A stretch of 64,000 bases of DNA from Epithemia pelagica. Lineage: Eukaryota > Protista > Bacillariophyta. Under the pieces are notes generated by a model. That model did not search any database. It saw only the letters and a program-made list of their open reading frames with translations, and was not told the origin of the DNA. Positions within the stretch are counted from its first letter, which is position 1; each line of letters opens with the position of its first letter. Below, piece after piece: positions 22,223-32,433 of this stretch. The DNA lies in NCBI GenBank assembly GCA_946965045.2, contig OX337231.1:868001-932000 (forward strand), read 5' to 3'. Made by a program: the position numbers and the translations under genes.

Positions 22223-23506
22223 CTATTGATTATCCGCGGAAGATGTGGCTTGATTGATAATTTCTTGCTCAAATTCTTGAACGTTATTGTTGAGTTGTTG
22301 AAAGGCCTTCCGTGCCGAATCAACGCGATTTTCAAAGAACAGTCTTTGTGCCTTTGCCGAGTTGGCCGCATTACCTCGCACCAAGGTTGCTTGCGCTTGT
22401 AGTTGTCGCTCAGTTTGCAAGATTACCTTTCCTGCAAACTTTTCACGCAAAATTGTCCTCTGTTCCGAGGACAACTCGGCGGGGCAGGAGTTGTCGGTTA
22501 CAGTAAAATCTTTATCAAAGTCAAAGCCCACCTTTCGGGCTGCCTCCCGAAGACGCGGTAGCAAGGAGGTCGGCAAGGCCTTGTCGCGTGTGTACACCAC
22601 GACACCACCGTATCCATCCCACGCATCGTTACTCCCTCTGTAGTACACAAAGGCAAAGGGAGGCGTGTTGGTGGGGTTGTTATCATATTCATAGTCAATA
22701 ATCCACCAGTCATCCTTATAATGCAAATATTCATTGTCATGATTGATCAAGTGGGCCGGTTGTTCTGGGTCTTGATAAAACTCTTGAAGAGCATCGCGAG
22801 TGAAAAACTCGCCATCTGGTTCTTCGACGCGCCAGTTTAGTTTACCAAAGAATTTGCCGGGTTCTGTTTCAGTGAAAAAGTGCACTTGACATGGAAAGAT
22901 ATCAAACAGCTTATTTTGCCCCGCGGTAATGTACCATCGACCATTCCAAAGCTTCGTGTCAAGCTTTGGAACAACCACGCTATCTGCAGGTACTGGATAC
23001 GATCCATCGTCCTGTTGTTGAGGGACGCAGGACATGTCGGAGACGGCACACTTGTTGAAGTCTCCCACGATATCATTTTCCCACAGATTGCCACATTCAA
23101 TCTGACAATCAATCTCATCCGGGCGGTTGTTGCACGTGTTGATGCATACAACATTGGCGAGGCATTTCGGGTTGGCAATACACTTTCCCAGTGGCAAGGC
23201 GCAGTTTTGAAACAAACAAGAAACAACTGCTCCCGAATCAGTGGTGGCCAAGGAAGGAGCAGGTATTTGTGTCAATACCGAAGCTCCAATAGCCACTGCT
23301 ACAGCAGTCGACAATATCGACGCCTTGGCCTGATCTATCCAGTCAATTCCTCCAGTCTTCTGGGTTTTTGCTTCTTTCTTCACTTGGTTCATCTGGACAG
23401 TTGCCCTTTGCGACCGAAGTGGAGATTCGAATGGATTTTGCGGTATCCAGGCATGAGTAACGCATAGGGCGAGAGCGTGAATCAACGCTCTTGCCCAAGG
23501 TGCCAT
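22223..23506 (-). CDS. VDE: Violaxanthin de-epoxidase, plastid/thylakoid-lumen targeted
   Basis: Cys-rich domain CLFQNC...KCIANPKCLANVVCINTCNNRPDEIDCQIEC, lipocalin core GRWYITAGQN..FDIFPCQVHFF, YYRGSNDAWDGYGG and a charged C-terminal tail. ATG at 23506 (MAPWARAL...THA|W). Confidence 0.95.
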   Translation of the reverse strand: MAPWARALIHALALCVTHAWIPQNPFESPLRSQRATVQMNQVKKEAKTQKTGGIDWIDQAKASILSTAVAVAIGASVLTQIPAPSLATTDSGAVVSCLFQNCALPLGKCIANPKCLANVVCINTCNNRPDEIDCQIECGNLWENDIVGDFNKCAVSDMSCVPQQQDDGSYPVPADSVVVPKLDTKLWNGRWYITAGQNKLFDIFPCQVHFFTETEPGKFFGKLNWRVEEPDGEFFTRDALQEFYQDPEQPAHLINHDNEYLHYKDDWWIIDYEYDNNPTNTPPFAFVYYRGSNDAWDGYGGVVVYTRDKALPTSLLPRLREAARKVGFDFDKDFTVTDNSCPAELSSEQRTILREKFAGKVILQTERQLQAQATLVRGNAANSAKAQRLFFENRVDSARKAFQQLNNNVQEFEQEIINQATSSADNQ

Positions 23507-23962
23507 GGTTGGTCTATTTTGTTGTTGATGATATGTTTTTCTCAACGAGACTTCTCCTTGAGGGGAACAACACCAGCTCTCTGACGATTCCTGTTTGCTG
23601 TTTGGTTTCTCTGTTTTGGAGATCTTTTCGGTGGATTCGATGTGGATGTCAACGTGCTCGTGACTCAGGACCCAAGACTGACGTAGGCGAGTCGGAGTCA
23701 GCGCGCCAGCCGATCCTTCCACTTTCTTTCATACGCCATGAATTATGCCCTTGTCACTTGTCACGTCTTCGCTTCGCCCTCTCTGGCCACGTCGGTCCAC
23801 GCATTGTGCAACCACAAGTCCACAATGATGGACAGATTCCTTCCGCCGGTCCGTGAAAGAGGTGGCATCTGGAACACCTTTTTCGAATTGGTGAGCTGGA
23901 TCAACTCTTGTGTGGCCATTGCTAACAATCAAGCTTATATCTGAGGCTAAAGGTCACCAACG
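23507..23962. promoter_or_regulatory. Bidirectional VDE/ZEP promoter with clustered bZIP-type ACGT elements
   Basis: 456 bp between divergent ATGs. AACGTG 23651, TGACTCA 23661, TGACGT 23679, CACGTC 23762 and 23788. Confidence 0.5.
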
Positions 23963-25709
23963 ATGCGTCTCCTTTGGTCCTCTTTGTACACGCTTTGGGC
24001 TCTCCCATCCGTGAGCGGTTTTGCGTCCTTGACGACACCAACATTGGTCGGTAACAGCCATGGCACCTCTACTTCTTTGCACATGTCAGCCGTGGCATCT
24101 CCCCCAGTAGGAGGTGATGTAGTCGAGGCACGACAAGACGAATTTGTGGATGCAATTTCGGAGGACAAGCCACTGAAGGTGGTGATTGCTGGAGCGGGAG
24201 TGGGAGGGTTGGCCTTGGCCAAGGTACTCACCAAAAATCCCAAAATGGATGTGACCGTCTTGGAAAGAACGGCTGCCTTTAAGCGTTTTGGAGGACCTAT
24301 TCAATTGGCTAGCAATGCCATGCAAGTTTTGTCAGAAATGGACGATGAAGTTTATCAAAAGATTCGATCCAAATTTACCGTGACAGGTGACAAGATGAAC
24401 GGCATCAAAGATGGGATTCGAACTGAGTGGTATGCGAAATTCGACTTGGCTGGTCCGGCTGAGAGTCGCAATATGCCCTATACTGGTGTGATTGATCGTC
24501 CTGATTTGCAAGAAATCTACCTAGACTGTCTCCCTGAGGGTGTTGTTCAAAATGGAAACGGCGTCGCTTCTTACGAAAAGAAAGCTGGCAGCAAGGGCGT
24601 GACCGTGACGACCGACTCAGGCGAAACCATGGATTGTGATGTTTTGATCGGCGCCGACGGTATCTGGTCGGCCGTTCGTAGTACCATGCGCAATGCACCC
24701 AAAAAGGGCGACGGCAGTGGAGCTTCCTATTCAGGATATACTGTCTTTGCTGGAGAGCTCAAGTATGACTCTCCCGACAATGGCCAAGTAGGATACAAGG
24801 TTTACATTGGACCAGGACAGGTACGTTGATCACTAGCATTTTCATGTGGTAAAAGTCGATGGAAACAAGCATGACCCTGACAGGAGTTTCCTTTAGTACT
24901 TTGTCATTACGGACATTGGAAACGGTAACTATCAGTGGTACGCGTTCTTGGCGCGTCCTCCTGACTCGGCTGCCACTACCGACATGCCAGACGGTACCTC
25001 TGCGTATTTGCAAGGTATCTTTACAGGCTGGTCACCAGAGATTCATGCAATCCTTCGTGTCACCCAAGAGCATGAAATTGAACAACGTGACTTGTACGAT
25101 CGGCCACCCTCTGCCCTCAAATCGTGGACAGATGGACCCGTGGCACTCTTGGGTGATGGTATTCACGCCATGATGCCAAATTTGGGACAGGGGGGTTGCC
25201 AGGCCATTGAAGATGCCTTTGTGATTGCTCAGGAACTTGAGAGCACGACAAAGCGTAGTCAGGTTTCGGCTAGTTTGAATCACTATCAACGAAGACGTTT
25301 GATTCGGTCGGCCGCAGTGCAGGGTTTGTCGCGCTTTGCGTCTGACATTATTATTCGTGGCTTTGATACACCAGCCAAGGTCTATTTTGACAAGGACGGC
25401 CAACTCAAATTTGAGAACTTTAACTATGCCGGAATTGTGACAAAAATGCTTCAGCCTGTCCTTCCTTTGTTCTTTATTGTGCAGTTCAACTTTTTGTACG
25501 ATGGATGGCGCAATGAAGGTGAAATCGATCTCAAGGCCACACTCGGCTTCTTGTTTATTGGCAGTTTGGTGCTCCTCCTTTTCATTGGAACAGAAGCCGC
25601 TGGTGTGGGACTCACATTTGGATTTGAGGCCCTATTGGGTGCCGAAGGATTGATTGACATTGAAGCCATTACAACGGCCATTCGAGAACTCATGAACACA
25701 ACAATGTAA
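23963..25709 (+). CDS. ZEP3: Zeaxanthin epoxidase, ZEP3 type with C-terminal TM region (2 exons; intron 24821-24896)
   Basis: GAGVGGL FAD motif, GGPIQLASNA, GIKDGIRTEWY.KFD, IDRPDLQ, LIGADGIWS. The splice restores YIGPGQ|YFVITDIGNG; LLGDGIHAMMPNLGQGGCQAIEDA follows. Presequence ...SVSG|F; head-to-head with VDE. Confidence 0.92.
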
Positions 25710-25988
25710 AACATGGAGATTTCATAGAAATCGGCTCAGTTGCCACCTCACCTCCAAATAAGTTTGGATGGTCTCCCTGTCGGATCAACTTACGCACTCT
25801 CCTGACGATACTACTAAAGGGATACACTTTTTCCGCTTACGAAGTTATGCTCTTTGGCAGTATCTAATCTGTAGCTAGAAACACACCAGATTTCGACTTT
25901 GTCTACCTCGTGAAGTACTCACTTCGAGACGTACATGGAGGATCCTGATACTAATTATGTTTTAAATTTGTGAAAAGGCTACTTTGCA

Positions 25989-28922
25989 TTACGCGGCGAC
26001 TGGGGTATTGAGTTTGTGAGCTGCTGCTTTCATTTCATCACTAATTTCCACAGAGTTGGCGGATTCCACAAATTCGGGCAATTCGTCAAAGTTGAGGTAT
26101 CGGTAGGTATCTTCGGCAGTTGTGTTAACTTGTTCCATGTACTTGAGATACTCTTCCACCGTGGGCAATTTGCCTTCAATACTGGCAATGGCAGCCAATT
26201 CCGCACTGGCCAAATAGACGTTAGCGCCTTGTCCCAATCGGTTCGGGAAATTGCGTGTACTGGTCGAGACCACAGTGCACCCCGGTGCAACACGTGCTTG
26301 GTTACCCATACACAAAGAGCATCCTGGCATTTCCGTACGAGCACCTGCCACTCCAAAAATGCTGTAGTATCCCTCTTCGACCAACTGTGCTTCGTCCATT
26401 TTGGTCGGAGGGGAAACCCACAAACGAGTGGGAATCGGCTTCTCGCACTTGTCCAACAACTTTCCAGCAGCCCGGAAGTGACCAATGTTTGTCATGCAGG
26501 ATCCAATAAAGACCTCGTCAATGTTGGCGCCGGCGACTTCGGATAAGAGGGCCGAAGCATCGGGGTCATTGGGTAAGGCCAAAACCGGTTCTTTCAGCTC
26601 ATTCAAATTGATATCAATAACTTCGGCATAATCCGCCTTTTCGTCTGCTTCCATAAGAACCGGATTGGCCAACCATTCTTCCATGCGAGCAATTCGGCGT
26701 TCCAGTGTCCTGGCATCTCCGTACCCTTCGGCAATCATCCATTTGAGCATCACGACATTGGAGTTGAGGTATTCAATAATGGGTTCCTTGTCCAGCTTGA
26801 TGGTACATCCAGCAGCTGATCGTTCCGCCGACGCATCGGACAACTCAAACGCTTGCTCGCATTTCAAGTGGGGAAGACCTTCAATTTCCAGGATTCGGCC
26901 AGAGAAGACATTCTTTTTGCCCTTCTTTTCGACGGTCAAGAGTCCTTGTTGAATGGCAGTGTAGGGAATCGCTTGCACCAAATCACGAAGGGTAATACCA
27001 GGTTGCATTTCTCCCGAAAATCGCACCAAAACGGATTCCGGCATATCCAGGGGCATAATACCAGTGGCGGCCGCGAAGGCGACCAATCCAGAACCAGCTG
27101 GAAAAGAGATACCCAGAGGAAAGCGAGTGTGCGAATCACCTCCGGTACCAACAGTATCTGGAAGCAACATACGGTTGAGCCAGGAATGGATGATACCATC
27201 ACCAGGACGGAGCGAAACACCTCCTCGTGTACGAATAAAGTCAGGCAGGGTATGATGCGTCACAACGTCAACGGGTTTGGGATACGCAGCGGTGTGGCAG
27301 AATGATTGCATCACGAGATCTGCACTGAATCCCAAACAAGCCAAGGAACGCAATTCGTCTCGAGTCATGGGACCGGTAGTATCTTGTGAACCAACAGTAG
27401 TCATGCGTGGTTCACAGTACTGTCCAGGGACAATGCCTTGTCCCTCTGGCAAACCACAGGCCTTACCCACCATCTTTTGAGCCAAGGTGTAGCCTGCCGG
27501 TGCCGACGAGCCTTCTGGCATGACGGGCATTCGGAATGTGTCCGAAATATCGGACCTTTGCCCCAAGGCTTCTCGAGCTTTGCTGGTCAATCCTCTTCCA
27601 ATAATCAAGGGAATGCGACCACCGGCTCGCACTTCATCCAGCAAAACATTGGTCTTGAGTTCAAAGCTGGTAATGACCTCACCGGTCGCATTGTTCTTGA
27701 TAACACCTTCGTGAGGGTACACATCAATGACATCACCCATGGCTAAATTACTGACATCGAGTTCAATAGGAAGAGCACCAGAATCTTCCATGGTATTGAA
27801 GAAAATTGGTGCAATCTTTCCACCCAAACACAAGCCTCCACTTTTGATGTTAGGAACGTAAGGGATGTCTTCTCCCATATACCAAAGCACAGAGTTTGTT
27901 GCTGACTTGCGGGAGGATCCTGTTCCAACGACATCTCCTACATACGCAAGGGGATGGCCCTTCTTTTGCAATTCTTCAATTTGTTTCAAGGGACCAATGG
28001 TACCTGGTGCAATGGGTTCAATCCCATCGCGAGGGTTCTTGAGCATGGCTACAGCATGCAGGGGAATGTCAGGGCGTGACCAGGCATCTTGCGCCGGTGA
28101 CAAGTCGTCCGTATTGGTTTCTCCGGTCACCTTAAAGACGGTCGCAGTCATTTTTTCGGGTACCGTTGGCTTCTTGAGGAACCACTCGGCGGCCGCCCAG
28201 GATTCCATCACCTTGGTAGCTGCTGCCACACCCTTTTTGTGCAATTCGTCTACGTCGTGAAAGGCATCAAAGACCAAAAGGGTATGCGAAAGTTGCTCGG
28301 CTGCCGTTTCGCTAATGTCGGTATCGGCATCGGCCAGGAGCTCTACCATGGTTGCCACATTGTATCCACCTTGCATGGTTCCCAACAATTCCACTGCGCG
28401 TTTTCTAGAAATGTAGGGCGTCGTTACTTCGTTTTTGGCAATGGCGGACAAAAAGGTTGCCTTGACATAGGCGGCTTCATCGACACCAGGAGGAACGCGA
28501 TGAGACAACAAGTGCAACAGTTCTTCTGCCGTGGCATCATCCTTGGGACCGGCTTTCAATTCATCAATCAGTTGAGACACATGCTCTGCCGACAACGGGG
28601 TGGGAGGGACACCAATGCCATCAGCTTCCTGTGCACGTGCATCGACAAGTTCTTGGTAGGATGCCAAAAACGGTGATGAACGAGAAGACGAAGCCGAATA
28701 CGACCGACGTTGAAATGTCAAAGGAGAATACGAATGAGACGCACTACTACTTGTTGTTGGGATATTGGTCGTGCTCTTGAAATATTTGTGACTGGAAAAA
28801 GTCCGAGAAGGAGTCGTATGGCGTGACTCTTCCAATGTGACAGCCGCAGCAGTGCGTGTGACCAAAGATCGCACCAGTGATCTTTGGGGAACGAGCTGAC
28901 GGTACAATGCTAACGAAGTCAT
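25989..28922 (-). CDS. acnB: Aconitate hydratase B (bacterial AcnB type) with mitochondrial-like presequence
   Basis: [99 protein letters not shown]. Arg/Ser-rich N-terminal extension. Confidence 0.96.
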   Translation of the reverse strand: MTSLALYRQLVPQRSLVRSLVTRTAAAVTLEESRHTTPSRTFSSHKYFKSTTNIPTTSSSASHSYSPLTFQRRSYSASSSRSSPFLASYQELVDARAQEADGIGVPPTPLSAEHVSQLIDELKAGPKDDATAEELLHLLSHRVPPGVDEAAYVKATFLSAIAKNEVTTPYISRKRAVELLGTMQGGYNVATMVELLADADTDISETAAEQLSHTLLVFDAFHDVDELHKKGVAAATKVMESWAAAEWFLKKPTVPEKMTATVFKVTGETNTDDLSPAQDAWSRPDIPLHAVAMLKNPRDGIEPIAPGTIGPLKQIEELQKKGHPLAYVGDVVGTGSSRKSATNSVLWYMGEDIPYVPNIKSGGLCLGGKIAPIFFNTMEDSGALPIELDVSNLAMGDVIDVYPHEGVIKNNATGEVITSFELKTNVLLDEVRAGGRIPLIIGRGLTSKAREALGQRSDISDTFRMPVMPEGSSAPAGYTLAQKMVGKACGLPEGQGIVPGQYCEPRMTTVGSQDTTGPMTRDELRSLACLGFSADLVMQSFCHTAAYPKPVDVVTHHTLPDFIRTRGGVSLRPGDGIIHSWLNRMLLPDTVGTGGDSHTRFPLGISFPAGSGLVAFAAATGIMPLDMPESVLVRFSGEMQPGITLRDLVQAIPYTAIQQGLLTVEKKGKKNVFSGRILEIEGLPHLKCEQAFELSDASAERSAAGCTIKLDKEPIIEYLNSNVVMLKWMIAEGYGDARTLERRIARMEEWLANPVLMEADEKADYAEVIDINLNELKEPVLALPNDPDASALLSEVAGANIDEVFIGSCMTNIGHFRAAGKLLDKCEKPIPTRLWVSPPTKMDEAQLVEEGYYSIFGVAGARTEMPGCSLCMGNQARVAPGCTVVSTSTRNFPNRLGQGANVYLASAELAAIASIEGKLPTVEEYLKYMEQVNTTAEDTYRYLNFDELPEFVESANSVEISDEMKAAAHKLNTPVAA

Positions 28923-29703
28923 GTCGGTTCGAAATCAAGTCCTCTTTGTATGAGGTCGTTGAGACAATGTCTGGAGAAAAGTGAAACCTTTCTCTTGTAG
29001 AGATCGTCGTCAATCGTCAAACCCTCGCTTGAACGTTGAACTCTTCTTGTCCAATCGTCTCGCGTGATGCGGTCGTTTTGTGATGCCCTTTCCCTTGTTG
29101 CCCTTTGTATTTCCGATTTGCCGTTGGAGTTTTCTTTCGACCAATCCGATCTCACCAATCATGTCGCAGCGATACGAAACTGCATCTTGCATTTTCTTCT
29201 TTGTGTTCTTCCACGGAACGCGACCGGCCTCGCAGATAGATCGCTTCAGACTGACGTGTGCCCGCACCGCTTCCATCAATTCCGCTTTGTTAAAGATGGG
29301 AGGGACAATGAACAATGAAACATCCAAGATCATGAATTGCCAGAACACCGCTCTTTGGTCATGTATCCACCACACACCCATTGGATGAGCCATACATATC
29401 TAGTTGCAGCATCTCAATGTTTACCTTGTCAATTACGAGCAGAAACAGTTTCTTCCAAGTCACCCGAAAGGTGTTCTCCTAGTAGATAAACGCGATAGTG
29501 TTGTCATTTTCGGAACAACACATTTCATATCGGACTGTAGTATAGCAATCTCATGCCTCCTGAGCCTACGAGTTCACACCGCAAAGATGGGAGTGTGGAA
29601 GAGGTAAAACTATTATACGCGTGACGCTTTGACAATCTCTACATCATTTAGCATCCATCCATCTCCATGACTCTTAGTATTGAGGAAGCTGTAATCCCAA
29701 AAT

Positions 29704-30468
29704 TTAACGGTACCTGAAAGAAACAAACAGAGTTAGTGACACAATTTACGGACATCATTCCAGTGCTTTCCCTCAGAGAACTTACAATCCGTTGTTGATG
29801 CGGTCAATGACGTAGTCAGCCTGGGGAGCTTGGGCGGTGAAGCGAGATTCGTATTTCTTGATCAAGTCCTTTTCTGCGCCCGAGAGCCCTGGGATGCTGT
29901 AAAGGTCGCCAACACTCTTGTATGGTCCGTTGCTGGCAATCTTTCCGGCAACAGTGGGGTAAAGACCGGGCATCTTCAAGTACACACGGACATTTGCGTT
30001 GTTAATGTCTACAACTTCGCTTCCTCCCAAAAGACCAACATTGTCGTAATCACGGATGGCGTTGGCGGTCAATGGAGTGGCAGCCACAAAAGCAGCGGCG
30101 GCGGCACTGGCCAAGAACTCACGGCGCTCGGCGGCAATGGCGGTGGAAACACGTTCCGCGGAGGGAGTGACAAAAGCCGAAACGGCACTATAAAATTGTA
30201 GATCAAATACAAAGACTTTCAGTGAGAAAAAATCGTTTGAGCCATGCGCTGAAACGACGTTCAGAAATCGCGAACCATGTGTCATCCGCATTCGGGAAAG
30301 CACACATGGGAGCACACCGGAATCCAGAGGGGCCAAACTGCAGAGCCCATTCACCTCGACTAACTTGGCTGTAACAACAGCATCGGTTATGTCGCGTATT
30401 CCCAAATACAGACAAGCGAATTTGTCGTTCACTTACGAAAGGAGGGCGGCCAAGATAGCGAGCTTCAT
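29704..30468 (-). CDS. psbU: Photosystem II 12-kDa extrinsic protein PsbU (3 exons; introns 30188-30436 and 29714-29785)
   Basis: Spliced N-terminus MKLAILAALLS|AVSAF; VDINNANVRVYLKMPGLYPTVAGKIASNGPY..VGDLYSIPGL. A second GT-AG intron gives the ending RINNGL|YR*. Confidence 0.95.
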
Positions 30469-31192
30469 GGTGATAGACTTGGTTTGATGGTCGATGGAGA
30501 AAACGCAGTTTGAACTGACGCGTGATTGGGGTCCAAAAGATACACCCTCAACACACACCCAAAGGGAATGTGGTCCCGGGTCTGTTGGGTCACGGATTGA
30601 AAATCGGTCGCATATGGCGATACCCCACATAGAGCTATCTATCGCAGCTGAGCTAGGAGTATCTTCTTACTTCTCCGCCCTAGGAGTTCGCGCACCAGTC
30701 AACAACATACTACTCCTAGGAGTAGAAGCCTATCATCAAAATTCCCGTCCACGATGAAACCACATCTGCTCCTAAGAGCAATATTTGAAACTCGAGTTTC
30801 CATATAATGGTCTGATGCATGTCCCTAAGACAATCGTAGGCCGTAGAATTATTTTCTTTTACCTACAGGTAGAGATGGCAGGCATTTGATCTACGGTAAA
30901 CAGACAGGAGCGTGCTAGGACCAACCTTTCATTACTACCTCCCACAAATTAATGCCGAGCACACCTCTTCACATAGCAGCCCATGTTCCATTTTCGTAAA
31001 ATCATCAGGTCTGAAAACCCAGGGTGTGTCAAAAACATGAATATATGGATAACACACTAGCATCATTGCCCTTACTCGATATGTGATTGGTAGCCGTGCA
31101 ATTTTTGCGTATTGAGAAAGCACATGATTCGGCATGAAAAACATCAGAGTTCTATTGTAATCTATTGTATGATGGTCAAGGAGTCGAAAAGA

Positions 31193-31483
31193 GAAGGAAG
31201 CCCCTCCGTGGTCACGTTTAGTCCTGCATGTGGGACTATATTTTCTGCAGACTGACAATGCACCGCTCTGGGTACAGTCGAACAGGGTGCGACGGAGATG
31301 GCGATGAATAAGATACCGTATCCGCAGTACGCTTTCCGCTTCGAAGGAAGCCTCACCGTCGTTCTGTTTAGTCCTGCATGTAGGACTATCTTCTTTGCAG
31401 TCTAGCAATACAACGGTCTGTACACAAACAAACGGGATGTGATGGAGATGGAGAACATATCCGGAGTACGCCTTCTGCTTCGA
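31193..31483. repeat. Diverged tandem duplication (period about 150 bp) of the 3' end of the small TPR gene
   Basis: GAAGGAAGCC at 31193 and 31343; GTTTAGTCCTGCATG at 31216 and 31366; homology continues to GCTTCGA. Confidence 0.8.
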
Positions 31484-31847
31484 GATATAGTTCGAGGGCA
31501 TGTTCAGATTCACCAATTCGCTCGTAGCATAGCGCAAGATCATTCAACGTTGCTGCCAGTTCGACGCTAGGTGTTGAAAGCCGCTGAATTACAAGTGCTT
31601 CTTTCTGGCACTTGATAGCCTCTTCTGGATCGGCTTGGATGTGTAGGCGAATAAGACCAAGAGAATTCCAGGCTTCCGCAACTTTCAAGTGATAAGGACC
31701 AAACTCTTCGGTGAAGCGAGTCAAATCCGCCAAGACTTGTGCAAGAAGAATGGGTTGCCTAGCAGAAAGGGTTTCAAATTCATCAGTTGCATGCCCTGGC
31801 TTCGTGATAAGCTGGCTTTCATCCGTCGATGAAACTGTGTTGAACAT
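31386..31847 (-). CDS. Small TPR protein (kinesin-light-chain-like repeats)
   Basis: GPYHLKVAEAWNSLGLI...AIKCQKEAL and LAATLNDLALCYERIGESEHALELYLEA are TPR_12-like repeats. Confidence 0.65.
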   Translation of the reverse strand: MFNTVSSTDESQLITKPGHATDEFETLSARQPILLAQVLADLTRFTEEFGPYHLKVAEAWNSLGLIRLHIQADPEEAIKCQKEALVIQRLSTPSVELAATLNDLALCYERIGESEHALELYLEAEGVLRICSPSPSHPVCLCTDRCIARLQRR

Positions 31848-32433
31848 GATAACCATCATTATTTGTGTGTTCCGCAAAAATTGGAGAACTCTTGTTCATC
31901 TTCCTGACTGACTGTCGATAGGAGAGTTGGTCCAACGCAGAAAAAGATGACGGAAGTTTCAACCCCAGGAGTACTCGGTACTCTCATTAACAGTCGTAAT
32001 TCGCGTAATTCGTACGCGCCTCCTGCCTCCTGACGAGTACGAGTATTAATAATTAATAGGATGAATGATGATATCTATGATCGAAATATCAATTATGGGC
32101 AAGAAGACGAAGCCTTGATCGAGGTTGAAGGTCTAATGTCGTAGTTCAAGGTTCAATGCCTGAGTCCTGAGTCCTGATTCTCTTCTTGGAGAGCGGTGAG
32201 CGGTGAGCACGTAACTCGGGACGAAAAAACGTAGGAGTGATCCTAGGCGGGCTAGGAGAAGTGTGAACAATCTAGAAGTAGGGAGTCGAGTTTATTCTTT
32301 TCCCTTTTCCCTCTCCCGTCCTCCCAACTAAAAATGTTTGCAAGAGGACCATTCCAAAACGAATCGGTCTTAACACTGGGTACCGACGACTTTCGAGGTT
32401 TCTATGATGTTGTGTTGAATTCTGATTCCCTCG

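Noticed and set aside
29010-29393. 127-aa Lys/Arg-rich minus-strand ORF just upstream of acnB
   Set aside because: No recognisable domain, and it ends only ~90 bp from the acnB ATG. It could be promoter or UTR sequence and cannot be supported without expression data.
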